Numbered from the stretch's first letter, positions 41,401 to 52,090 are shown. The stretch: 64,000 nucleotides of DNA from Octopus vulgaris (GCA_951406725.2 OX597821.1:20584001-20648000); one strand, 5' to 3'. Numbers and translations are program-made. Notes: generated by a model not told the origin, from the letters alone.

Positions 41401-42959
41401 GCTTTAGAATGAAAACGAGGCTTTGGAATGAAAACAAGGCTTTGGAATGAAAACGAGGTTTTAGAATGAAAACGAGGCTTTCCAATGAAAATTAGGCTTT
41501 AGAATGTAAATGAGGCTTTGGAATGAAAACGAGGCTTTGGGATGAAAACTAGACTTTGGATAGAAAACGAAGCTTTGGAATGAAAACGAGGCTTTGGAAT
41601 GAAAACGAGGCTTTGGAATGAAAATGAGGCTTTAGAATGAAGACGAGGCTGTGGAATGAAAACGAGGCTTTGGAATGAAAACGAGGCTTTGGAATGAAAA
41701 TGAAGCTTTGGATTGAAAACGAGGCTATGGAATGAAAACGAGGCTTTAGAATGAAAACGAGGCTTTGGATTGAAAACGAGGCTTTGGTATTAAAACAAGA
41801 CTTTGAAATGAAAACGAGGCTTTGGAATGAAAACGAGGCTTTTGAATGAAAATGAGGCATTGGAATAAAAACGAGGCTTTGGAATGAAAACAAGACTTTG
41901 GAATGAAACTAGTCTTTGGAATGAAAACGAGGCTTTGGAATGAAAACAAAGCTTTAGAATGAAAACAATGCATTGGATCGACAACGAGGCTTTAGAATGA
42001 AAACGTGGCTTTTGAATGTAAACGACCCTTTGGAATGAAAACGAGGATATAGAATGAAAAGGAGGCTTTGGAATGAAAACGAGTCTTTGGAATGAAAACA
42101 ATGCTTTTGAATGAAAACGAGGTTTTGGAATGAAAACGAGGCTTTAGAATGAAAACGAGGCCTTGGAACAAAAACGAGGCTTTAGAGTGAAAACAAGGCT
42201 TTGGAACGAAAACGAGGCTTTGGAATGAAAACATGAGTTTGGAATGAAACGAGGCTTTGGAATGAAAACGCGGCTTTGGAATGAAAACAAAGATTTTGAA
42301 TGAAAATGAGGCTTTGGAATGAAAACGAGTCTTTGGAATGAAAACGAGGCTTTGGAATGAAAACGAGGACTTAAAAAGGAAAACGAGGCTATGGAAAGAA
42401 AACGAGGCTTTAGAATGAAAACGAGGCTTTGGAATGTAAACGAGGCTTTGGAATTAAAACGAGGCTTTGGAATGAAAACAGGGTTTGGAATGAATACGAG
42501 GTCTTAGAATGAAAACGGGGCATTGGAATGAAAACGAGGCTTTGGATTGAAAACGAGGCTTTGGAATGAAAATGAGGCTTTAGAATGTAAACGATGCTAG
42601 GCGATGAAAACGAGCCTTTGGAATGAAACCGAGGCTTTGGAATGAAAACAAGACTTTGGAATGAAAATGAGGCATTGGATTGAAAACGGGTCTTTGGAAT
42701 GGAAACGAGGCATTGGAATGAAAACGAGGCTTTAGAATTAAAACGAGGCTTTGGAATGAAAATGAGGGTTTTGAATGAAGATGAGGCTTAGGAATGAAAA
42801 CGAGGCTTTTGAATGAAAACGAGGCTTTAGAAGGAAAACAAGGCTTTGGAATGAAAACGATGCTTTAGGATGAAAACAAGGCTTTGGAATGAAAACGAGG
42901 CTTTAGGATGAAAACAAGGCTTTGGAATGAAAACGAGACTTTAGAATGAAAACAAGTCT
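2495..42959 (+). repeat. ~40.5-kb tandem satellite array, 19-bp monomer GAGGCTTTGGAATGAAAAC (about 2,130 copies), with higher-order repeats
   Basis: Monomer read directly. The 19-aa periodic translation FHSKASFSFQSLVFIPKPR equals 3 monomers. Left edge (tctt|atgaaaacaagg) and right edge (aacaagtct|gtgggtc) are sharp, and orientation is constant throughout. Confidence 0.98.
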
Positions 42960-43600
42960 GTGGGTCACATAGGTGACAGCGTATTTGACAGGGCCATGTG
43001 CAACATAAAAGTAATTCTGAGGCCATCATATCAGATTAAAATAGTGAAAAGACCACTATTATTGATTTCTACACAGTTTTCGTAACCACAAATTTTTAAG
43101 CCATTGTTACGGTGCGCCCTCTGGACATAACGGACATTTTGTTCAAGATGACATGTTGCAATGAACATGGATCGCATTCATTCAGAAATGTATCATGACC
43201 AAATCGCTAGTTTTCACAATAGTACAATCTGTCGCTCTATATCTTACTGCCTGTCTGTCGTCATGTTTTTCTTTTGCCTGTCACTCTCTCCTTTTCCTCT
43301 TTTATCTATATATTACATTCAAATTTTGCACATGCCTTACTTAAGGGTCATGCAGTGCCATGGGCCAAATTTTTTTCAGATAGTTTAATGTGAGCCCGGG
43401 GCAATCTCTTATCTCGCGCACTATTTCAGTATTGCGTTTCAATAACGAGACAATAACATCTCTCTATTGTAACGTGAGATACTCTCAGTTTAATAGTTTC
43501 ATAAGTGAAACTGAATCTATTAAATCGGAACTATTATCTCACATATATATCTCAAATATATACATGCATTCATACAAGCATATATATATATATTTATATA

Positions 43601-43645
<45 letters not shown>

Positions 43646-43674
43646 TATAATTATAATATTATAATTATAATTAT

Positions 43675-43941
43675 AATATAGGAGTATATCTCCAAACTTA
43701 CAGGGAAAAATTAGATTTGGTATTAAATCAAATTTCACAGTATAAATATATAAAATATGAATTAGAGATAAAATTTAATTACAGCCATGAAACGTACGTT
43801 ATCATTCTTTTTATACTTTTTGAAAAAAGAATATATATTATATATTGTATTAATTATATTTATATTATTTGTTATTTATGTATTGGTTTATATCTATCAC
43901 TGTTTGAGTTGCCTAATAGTGGTTTTATCTCTAATTCATAT

Positions 43942-43945
<4 letters not shown>
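43675..43945. mobile_element. Rearranged Penelope-like terminal fragments with an inverted repeat, between (TA)n tracts
   Basis: Perfect 19-bp inverted repeat ATATGAATTAGAGATAAAA (43755-43773) / TTTTATCTCTAATTCATAT (43923-43941). A hammerhead-type 3' half GAAA-CGTACG-TT lies at 43789-43800. Family assignment is inferred. Confidence 0.45.
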
Positions 43946-43986
<41 letters not shown>

Positions 43987-43988
<2 letters not shown>

Positions 43989-44640
43989 ATAAAACGGTAA
44001 GATAACAAAAGAAAGAAAGAGACCTCAATATTATGTAAATAGAGGAAATTTATCTATACAATATGTTACATTACTCGGTAGTCAAGATAAAACTCTGAGT
44101 TTCAGATGCCGAAGTGGAAATCCACAACACCATCTCTTCGGTTATCTGGCTATTTGAAAACGTTATGAAAAAATACCGTTAAATAAAGGGAAATTACTCT
44201 GTTATAACTCTGCTTGCCTGCGTACTTATACATCGCTCGCATTTCTCGTCATAAAAATTATATAAAAATACATAAAAAATATATAAAAAATATATAAAAA
44301 TATATAAATTCTTCTTGGGACAAAACATAGAAAGCATGTTCTATCTGTTTTCTTTAGGGAATAAAAACGTAACAGAAACTTAGTCACATGTGGGCATGAT
44401 CCGAAAAGGTCTGTCCTTGTATTTAGACATGTAGTAGGGTCTAAGCTGCTTTTCCAGATAAGCCATCTCTCCATGTCGCATAGACCGCACCTTCCGCTGC
44501 CGTTAGTATAGGGCTTACATCTGGCCAAAATCTTCCATTGTATGATATAATCGACACCTTTATCTCTTAAAGACCAAATATGATTAGACAATTGTGTCGC
44601 TTTTCTTTTGTTCCAGTGCCTAAAGCTCAAAGTGTGGTTA
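43987..44640 (-). mobile_element. Penelope-like element 3' end: GIY-YIG endonuclease C-terminus plus 3' pLTR/UTR
   Basis: YNHTLSFRH..ATQLSNHIWSLRDKG..IQWKILARCKPY..CGLC..E..I..CLNTRTDL..SCPH..KFLL matches the C-terminal half of PLE GIY-YIG domains. It is truncated at a (TA)n tract and has a hammerhead-like motif downstream. Confidence 0.85.
44085..44147 (-). ncRNA. Type I minimal hammerhead ribozyme-like motif (PLE-associated)
   Basis: Minus strand reads AGATAA-CCGAAGA-GATG..CATC-T-GAAA-CTCAGAG-TT-TTATCT: stem I AGATAA/TTATCT, core variant CCGAAGA, near-palindromic stem III. It has a U4C change and one extra U before GAAA. Confidence 0.6.
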
Positions 44641-44657
44641 TATATATATATATATAT

Positions 44658-44704
<47 letters not shown>

Positions 44705-45691
44705 AAAATGTAAGTATGTATTTATCTAAATCTTGTACGAACTTATTCTTTCTTTTACTCTTTCTTTTTTCCTTCTAGCAACCCTTTCGCGCTTATTTCG
44801 TTCATTCCACTCTTCGTGTTTTCGTTCTCCTTCCCTCACACTTACTTGCCTTCTCTTCTTGCTCACTTTCCCTCCTCTTTTCACTTCACTATGTCCCTGT
44901 CATTTTATCTCTCCCCTCTTCAATCCTTCTTCCCCTCTGCCTCTGCCCCACTCTCTTATCTCCCTACGTATTCGGTTTTCAGCCAAACCTGATCTTTCTT
45001 TCACTTCACTGTGTCCTTTTAATTTGTTTTCTCGACCTTCCATGATTCTTCTATTCCTCTGCATCTACATCTCTCTCTTCTCTCCTCACATGAACGATGT
45101 TCGTCCAAAGCCTGACCTTTCTTTCTTGGTTCAACTACAATCCGTGCAACATCTATGTTCCTCACTGTGCCTGTCAAATCATAAGTCCCTGCCGTAGTGC
45201 TTCACTTCCACAAACGCCAGCTTAATCTAATTCGTTCTTAGTCGAAAGACACCTGTTGTTATTTCCTGTTATTTGCATTTGTATTTGTGTAACATTTCAC
45301 CGTTTTCCTTCCTTAGTTTCGTATGTAGTCGCTGCTTTCTTCTAAGGGATCTAATGCATAGTTATATGCATGTGCATATACTTATATACATGTATATATG
45401 CATATACATATACATACATACAAATATATATATATATATACATACAAATATAAAAATGTATATATATGTGTATATATATATGTATATATTTACATGTATA
45501 TGATCTTGTTTTGACTAGTTTGGAAAACGAACGAAAGCGCTAATAAAGAATTATCAAAAATTCTGATTGGCTACTTTTTCTCAATACACACGTGTGTGTG
45601 TATGTGTGCAAGCGTGTATATATATATATATAGATAGATAGATAGATATATAGATAGATAGATATAGGTATAGATACACATACACACAGAT

Positions 45692-45732
<41 letters not shown>

Positions 45733-45913
45733 AATGCCTATGCCCAGATAGGCAGAGAGAAACACACAGGCTTGCATACACAACGGCAGATAGAATGACA
45801 AATGCACACATACATACAAAAAGTTCTCACACTGACAACTCATCAGTAAATAAATTTGATTCTAAATCACACAGAACTATACAGCTATACACTCAAACAC
45901 ATTATTCACTCTC

Positions 45914-45957
<44 letters not shown>

Positions 45958-46171
45958 CATTTAGAAGTTTGTATAAAACAGCAACACTACGGAATAAGAG
46001 ACAAACGTAGTACAGTACTTTTCCCTGTGGCAATGATAGTGTGAAAAGTGAAACAGAAGAACAATAACAGAACTTAAATAACCCGTGCGCTATATTTCTT
46101 CTGTTGTAATATAGAATCCACTTGTGTCTCGTCGTTGAACTTCAAGTTTGCGGTCTTTCCAATGGCACTAG

Positions 46172-46247
<76 letters not shown>
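44639..46247. repeat. Microsatellite-rich interval ((TA)n, (GA)n, (CA)n, (TAGA)n) with a pyrimidine-rich degenerate repeat at ~44733-45330
   Basis: Visible simple repeats at 44639-44702, 45360-45500, 45590-45735, 45917-45955 and 46171-46247. Confidence 0.85.
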
Positions 46248-46249
<2 letters not shown>

Positions 46250-46503
46250 CTATAATGCTTATGGTAACTAATTAAAGAAACAATAACGCAGGAAGATAAG
46301 CTATCGGATGGCTCACCAGTAACAGTAGACTGAAGAGTAGTTGTTTGAAGAGATTTGGCTAATAATACTAGAATATTTCGAAAAAGGCCCAATTACATTT
46401 ACTGGAATAAGAATAAACAACAAATTCGTGAAATGATTATGTGCCTGTATTTAGAAAAAACTGAGACTTATATCCTCTTCTTCTTTGAACACTACACAAA
46501 TGC

Positions 46504-46558
<55 letters not shown>

Positions 46559-46568
46559 GTTATTGTTA

Positions 46569-46605
<37 letters not shown>

Positions 46606-46630
46606 GATTATTATTATTATGATTATTATG

Positions 46631-46674
<44 letters not shown>

Positions 46675-46786
46675 TATTATTACTATTATTATTACTATTA
46701 GTATTACTATTATTATTACTATTACTATTACTATTACTATTACTATTACTATTACTACTACTACTACTACCACTACCACTACTACA

Positions 46787-46830
<44 letters not shown>

Positions 46831-46854
46831 TACTACTACTACTACTACTACTAC

Positions 46855-46888
<34 letters not shown>

Positions 46889-46900
46889 GTTGTTGTTGTT
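46504..46900. repeat. Compound trinucleotide microsatellite (ATT)n-(ATG)-(ACT)n-(ATT)n-(GTT)n
   Basis: Directly visible; source of the poly-I/T/V ORFs. Confidence 0.97.
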
Positions 46901-46926
46901 ACAACATTATTATTAATGTTATGAAA

Positions 46927-47512
46927 AAGGCAGCAAGCTGGTAGAATCGTTAGCATGCTGGAAAAGATGCTTATCAGTAATTACACCCGTCGAACTCTTC
47001 TGAGTTCAGATTCCACCGATGTCGATTTTGCCTTTTCTCCTTTCGGGCTTTGATAAAATAAATTTCCAATTGAACACTGAAGTCGATATAATCGACTGAA
47101 CTCCTTTCGCAAGTTTGCTGCCCTTGTGATTAAATTGGAAACCATTAAGGCGGCGAGGTCGAAGAATCGTTAGCACGCCGAACAGAATGCATAGCGGAAT
47201 TTCCCGCGTCACTACGTTCAAAGTTCAAGTTCTACCGAGGTTGACTTTGCCTTTCATCATTTCGGAGTCGGTACATCAAGTACCAGTGAATCGACTCATC
47301 CACTCCCATAAAACTGCGGCTGTTGTGGCAAGATTTGAAACCATTGTTTTTCGTCCATCTTTACGTTCCACCGAGGTCGACTTTGCGTTTCATCGTTCGA
47401 GCTCGATAAAATAAGTATCAGTTGAGCATTAAGGTCGATGTCTTTGACTTTTCCCCTCCCCCGAAATTGCTGTCCTTGTATTAGGCGGCGAACTGGACGA
47501 AATGCTTAGCAA
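46927..47512 (+). mobile_element. Tandem cluster of 2 near-complete and 2 partial tRNA-derived SINE copies (octopus-type)
   Basis: Head AAGGCGGCGAGCTGGCAGAATCGTTAGC-like recurs at ~46927, ~47147 and ~47482. The B-box-like GAGTTCAAATTCC and the central motif GTCGACTTTGCCTTTCATC..TCGATAAAATAAGTACCAGT recur three times. Confidence 0.8.
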
Positions 47513-47788
47513 CCTTGTGCTTCCATTTCTTATATTCCTCCTATGCCAACTTGATCCGCTCTTCCACAATGTGTGTCACTGTCTCGTTCCAAGTTCCACA
47601 GGCTCTACATTTTTATGACACATTCTCTCTGAAGTTGTTTGTTTATATCGCTTGATCTTAGGCTGCTATAATTAGGCTCTCTATTTCCTTTTTTTTAATT
47701 CCCCCTTTTTTAAACAAACCTACGATTTTCTTTCACGTAGTCTTCGGCAGCTCTCCAGAATTGGCCATGCAGAGGTTTCTCTTCGATA
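47505..47788 (-). pseudogene. R4/Dong-like (RLE-type) non-LTR retrotransposon fragment
   Basis: Minus-strand peptides EEKPLHGQFWR, ESLIIAA*DQAI*TNNF and KCRACGTWNETVTHIV..KLA*EEYK (CCHC knuckle region), with stops and frameshifts. Confidence 0.75.
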
Positions 47789-47828
47789 TGTTTTGTAGTG
47801 GTGGTGGTGGTGGTGGTGGGGATGATGC

Positions 47829-48527
47829 AATTAATGCTCATTTAGTGAACGAATGTCCTCAATTGCGGCTATATAGGTTAAATTTTCTGCATTGGAAACT
47901 GTTTAAAATTAAGGATTAGGGGGTGAAGAGGCACGGCATGACAACAGACCATAAAGAGTGACTGACTCGGAGCTTTGCAAAGTCCTGTGGGATTTCCCAG
48001 TTCAATCACAGAATATGTTTGAGCACAACAAGCCGAAGCTAATGGTGATTGACGAAGTAAACTGCATGTTTACTGTATGTGATCCACGAGTAGTGAAGAA
48101 GAAAGGCAAGAAACTTATATTATCCTCTTTAATATGAAATAAACTGAGATTGCATGAGGGAATGGGTGGAAATAGAGACAATTAATGTCGGGTACTTGGG
48201 GATAGTATCAAAAGATATTGAGTGGAGCATAATTAAAGCGAAAATAGAATGCTAGGTAAAGCTTATTACAAAACAGCTTGCTTCTTTGGTACGGCCAGAA
48301 TTATCAGCAAAGTAGGTGAAAGATATAGACAAACGGCTGAAGGAGATTGAAATAGAAAGCCCAGTAGAGGTCCTACAGAAAGTGTATCTCTTAGGGACAG
48401 CAAGGATTAACAGGACCTCTAAACACTTGAAAGACTGACGAAAACTTGTGGATACCTAAGTTTCGAGGTTGTAACCTGCTACCCATATGAATCCTTGCAG
48501 GAATAAGAACAAACCTGACCCAAACGA
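47829..48527 (+). pseudogene. R4/Dong-like retrotransposon 3' portion (RLE endonuclease) with two successive C-termini and a 3' UTR ending in (TAA)n
   Basis: Peptides AHLVNECPQL, FLHWKL, CKVLWDFPVQS..EHNKPKLMVID, ACFFGTARIISKV, then a second VLQKVYLLGTARI..*. The UTR abuts (AAT)n at 48528. Confidence 0.8.
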
Positions 48528-48590
48528 ATGATAATAATAGTAGTAGTAGTAGGAATAATAATAATGATAATAATAATAATAATAATAATA

Positions 48591-48660
<70 letters not shown>

Positions 48661-48777
48661 CATTAAGTACAAAACCAAATATATGACACCCTAGGCATAA
48701 CACCAACATGAACTTCTAACTTGTCTCTGGGTGAGTCTTGGAGTCAACTTGTATAAATACAAAGCACAAGTCAAACC

Positions 48778-48836
<59 letters not shown>
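48528..48836 (+). repeat. Two (AAT)n tracts flanking a ~120-bp probable retroelement 3'-UTR remnant (48660-48778)
   Basis: Tracts visible at 48528-48660 and 48778-48836. The intervening unique piece ends directly in TAA repeats, like the neighbouring Dong-like end. Confidence 0.7.
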
Positions 48837-48839
<3 letters not shown>

Positions 48840-48844
48840 TTTCT

Positions 48845-49047
48845 ACTATAGGCACAAGGCCTGGATTTTTGTGGCGAGGGGGATAATCGATTACATCGAC
48901 CTATATACTTGACTGGTAGGTAATTTATAGGCCCCGAAAATATGAAAGGCAACCTCACTGGAATTTGAACCCAGATCGTGAAGACGGGCGAAATGTCGCT
49001 AATCTTTTTCCCCAGGGTGCTAACAATTCTGCCAGCTTGCTGCCTTA
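48845..49047 (-). mobile_element. tRNA-derived SINE (same family as 46927-47512)
   Basis: Reverse complement of the head (..GCTAACAATTCTGCCAGCTTGCTGCCTT), the B-box (GGAATTTGAACCC) and the central motif (CTGGTA..ATTTAT..CCCCGAAAA.ATGAAAGGCAA). Confidence 0.8.
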
Positions 49048-49328
49048 ATGATGATAATAATAGTATCCCTCTCCGTCAGTCAGCATACAAAGAAGCACGA
49101 AATTGCCAGCCTTATAATACTTACGGTACTTAAGATACCACATTCACGCCTGGAATAAAAGCAATACTCTTTAGACCGAAAACCTGTGTAAGAGTGACTA
49201 CCATGAAAACAAGGAAAACAGGCAACAACAGACCCAGCATCGACCTTGGTATGTACAGCAACCGTGACAATTCAGTAAAAAAAACCACTAATGAACCCTG
49301 TATTCTCAACAACAACAGCAGCAGTGAA

Positions 49329-49780
49329 GGCGCAATGGCCCAGTGGTTAGGGCAGCGAACTCGCGGTCGTAAGAACGCGGTTTCGATTCCAAGACCGGGC
49401 AATGTGAGAGTTTACTGAGCAAAAATATACACCTAAGCTCCACGAGGCTCCGGTATGGTGTGATAGTGAACCCCGCTGTACGCTTTCACCACAATTTTCT
49501 CTCACTCATTATTCCTACTTCTGCTACAAAGCAGAGGAACCATGGTGTAACCCACTAAGGTGTGGTAAACTTTCAGACCCTAGTCTAGATTGCGAATCGT
49601 CTGTACCCCAGGATGGTTCAGCTCTACACCCGTTAAAAGCCACCGTTTACGGAAAGAGGATAACAACGTAGCTTTCGCGCCAGTGCAACCGCCAGTCTAT
49701 TGCCTCACGCATTCTTAGTAGCATAGATTAGGCTCGAATTAGAGATTATTCTTTGTGGCTAATGGCGTGAGTCCTGATTG
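49329..49780 (+). mobile_element. tRNA-derived SINE of a second family, probably running into a (GAA)n tail
   Basis: Pol III A-box TGGCCCAGTGG (49336-49346) and B-box GGTTTCGATTCC (49379-49390), but no complete cloverleaf. The 3' extent is inferred. Confidence 0.65.
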
Positions 49781-49980
49781 GAAGAAGAAGAAGAAGAAGA
49801 AGAAGAAGAAGAAGAAGAAGAAGAAGAAGAAGAAGAAGAAGAAGAAGAAGGAGGAGGAGGAGGAGGAGAAGAAGGAGGAGAAGAAGAAGAAGAAGAAGAA
49901 GAAGAAGAAGAAGAAGAAGAAGAAGAACAACAACAACAACAACAACAACAGCAGCAGCAGCAGAAGCAGCCGCAACAAAT
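49781..49980 (+). repeat. (GAA)n/(GGA)n polypurine tract grading into (CAA)n/(CAG)n
   Basis: Directly visible; ~145 bp of pure purine. Confidence 0.97.
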
Positions 49981-50949
49981 AACAACGACAGTAGCAGTGG
50001 CAGCAACAGCATTAAGAGGAACAATAACAGAGGCATTTATTTTGAATGTGCTTTATTCTATAAATCCATTTTAGATTATACTTTATACGAACGATTTATT
50101 CTTTGGATTTGGCTGTTATGGCTGATGCCGTTGCTTTCTATGTTGTTGTTACTGCTGCTAAAGCTATGGTTGTTGCTGTTTTTGTTATTGTTGCTGTTAT
50201 TGCTGTTGATGTTGCTGACGACTATAACGATAATTGTAGTGGTGGTGACGGCGATGGTAACGCTAACGAAAATAAAGACATCCTACCCTGAGTACATGAG
50301 CAAATTTTATCAATGGATTCCTGAAAATGTAGAGGGCTGTTTTTTTTGGTGGGGGAAGACATGTGATACACGTTATCGAGAATATAATATACAACAACTT
50401 TCTCTAAATCTCTACCAGTAATGGACAGAGATGGATCTAATCAACAGTCATACACTTTCCACTAAACTACATGACCTCATCATATTGGCATCCGCTCAGT
50501 AATATTTTTATATGGAATTACCTAATAAAGAAATACGAGAGACAGCGAGATACAGGAATACAAAAGGCAACAAGAAATGTACAAGAGGACTGAAATTTAT
50601 CTTTTCTATTTTGGTTAAGAAAATAATACTTTTTTTTTTTCTAAGACTGAAGAAAGCAAAGTACACTAAGAAAATCGGTAGAAATCAAAGGTTGGAATTT
50701 GCCAGAGAAAATAGATATTATACGATATGGTTTGCTGTGGAGCGGATCAAAGAATAGTTTATTAAGATAGTTGGAGAGAAATGTCGAAATGAGAATATTA
50801 GAGAAGTAAATAAATAATGTTATAATATATAAAATTAGAATGAAAGAAAACTGAGAAGTATGAAGATGAAGGAAGCCAGAAGCGGTTATTGAAAATTACG
50901 ATGCGTTGAGATAAAATAGATTTATATTCTGTGAAGATGGAAGTGAATA

Positions 50950-51049
50950 CACATTCGTACACATACACACATACACGCGAATACACGCGCATACACACGT
51001 ACATACGTTCATACATGCATACAAACACATATACACACACAAACACACA

Positions 51050-51117
<68 letters not shown>

Positions 51118-51221
51118 CATATACATAGATACATACATATGCTTTCCTATATAGATAGCGAGTTAAGTTATATTAATACGTACCTATATCATTATCAATC
51201 TATGTAAATATGGATAACTAC

Positions 51222-51276
<55 letters not shown>

Positions 51277-51369
51277 GTATGTATGTATGTATGTATGTAT
51301 GTATGTATGTATATATATATGTATATATATATGTATGCATGTATATAGGTATGGCTATAAATGTATACA

Positions 51370-51429
<60 letters not shown>

Positions 51430-51447
51430 TTGAGAGAGAGAGAGAGT
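50950..51447. repeat. (CA)n, (TA)n, (TATG)n, (GA)n microsatellites
   Basis: Directly visible. Confidence 0.95.
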
Positions 51448-51845
51448 GGAACAAGGGTGAAAGGGACTAAGAGAAACGCCTCTGTGTATTTCTGTTTTTG
51501 TGGCCATTTTGAGTGTTTGTGTAATGTACATCTGTAAATATGATATCGATCATATGCATGTGTATGTATATGTGTATGCGTATATTATAGTTATGTGTAC
51601 ATAAGTTTGTGAGTGTGTGCATGTGTACATATTGACATACACTTATAGACGCGATTTCACATTTGCGCACACACGTACGTCATTGATGTTAAGTATATTT
51701 CATTTTAACTTCATAATAATTCACAAATGTAGATCCAATCATATATAATGATGAACGAGTTTATGCGAGCGCGTATGTTTGTGTACGCGTGTGTGGTGTA
51801 TAAATGATGGCTAATAGTATATTTGAAATATTTGATCAATTTCAG

Positions 51846-51941
51846 AGATAGGAAAGCAGGTACAAATGTATAGGTTTCTCTTAGAACTCGGGAATACTCC
51901 ATTTCCTCAGTTAAAATTGGTTCTTCCAGAAAGCAAAATTG
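51846..51941 (+). other. Candidate 96-bp internal exon (speculative)
   Basis: Acceptor ttgatcaatttcag, donor G|gtaaaa, phase 1-1 and open (EIGKQVQMYRFLLELGNTPFPQLKLVLPESKI). No homology recognised. Confidence 0.2.
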
Positions 51942-52090
51942 GTAAAATGCCGAACTCTGAACAATGAAGGAAGATATATTTTACATTCATATTCTATACT
52001 TTTATACTACTGTACCTAAATGTCGACCCCAGTTTAACCCGCACACATACACACTCACATACCTGCGCAAACACACACATTTTTATATGT

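Noticed and set aside
2738-42234. Well over a hundred Phe/Ser/Lys-rich ORFs as genes
   Set aside because: They are translations of the 19-bp satellite, overlap in all frames and show no gene structure.
2495-42959. CRISPR-like array
   Set aside because: Monomers are contiguous with no unique spacers, there are no cas genes, and the context is eukaryotic.
2495-42959. CENP-B box or heat-shock element in the monomer
   Set aside because: TTCGAATGAAAACG(A/G)G is one base out of register with TTCGnnnnAnnCGGG, and the GAA units are not arranged as inverted nGAAn repeats.
2495-42959. Telomeric repeat or definite centromere
   Set aside because: It is not (TTAGGG)n. It is only ~40 kb with ordinary flanks on both sides, and centromere function cannot be read from sequence.
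46325-46395. Another hammerhead (CTGAAGA...CGAAA)
   Set aside because: No convincing stems I-III or UH cleavage site.
47505-48527. Twin-priming 5' inversion of a single LINE
   Set aside because: Both fragments cover the same zinc-knuckle segment with different sequence (THIVEERIKLA vs AHLVNECPQL), so they are independent copies.
49329-49402. Functional tRNA gene
   Set aside because: A and B boxes are present, but the acceptor stem does not close and the sequence continues into a SINE body.
46355-50074. Poly-I/T/L/K/E/Y ORFs
   Set aside because: Trinucleotide microsatellite translations.
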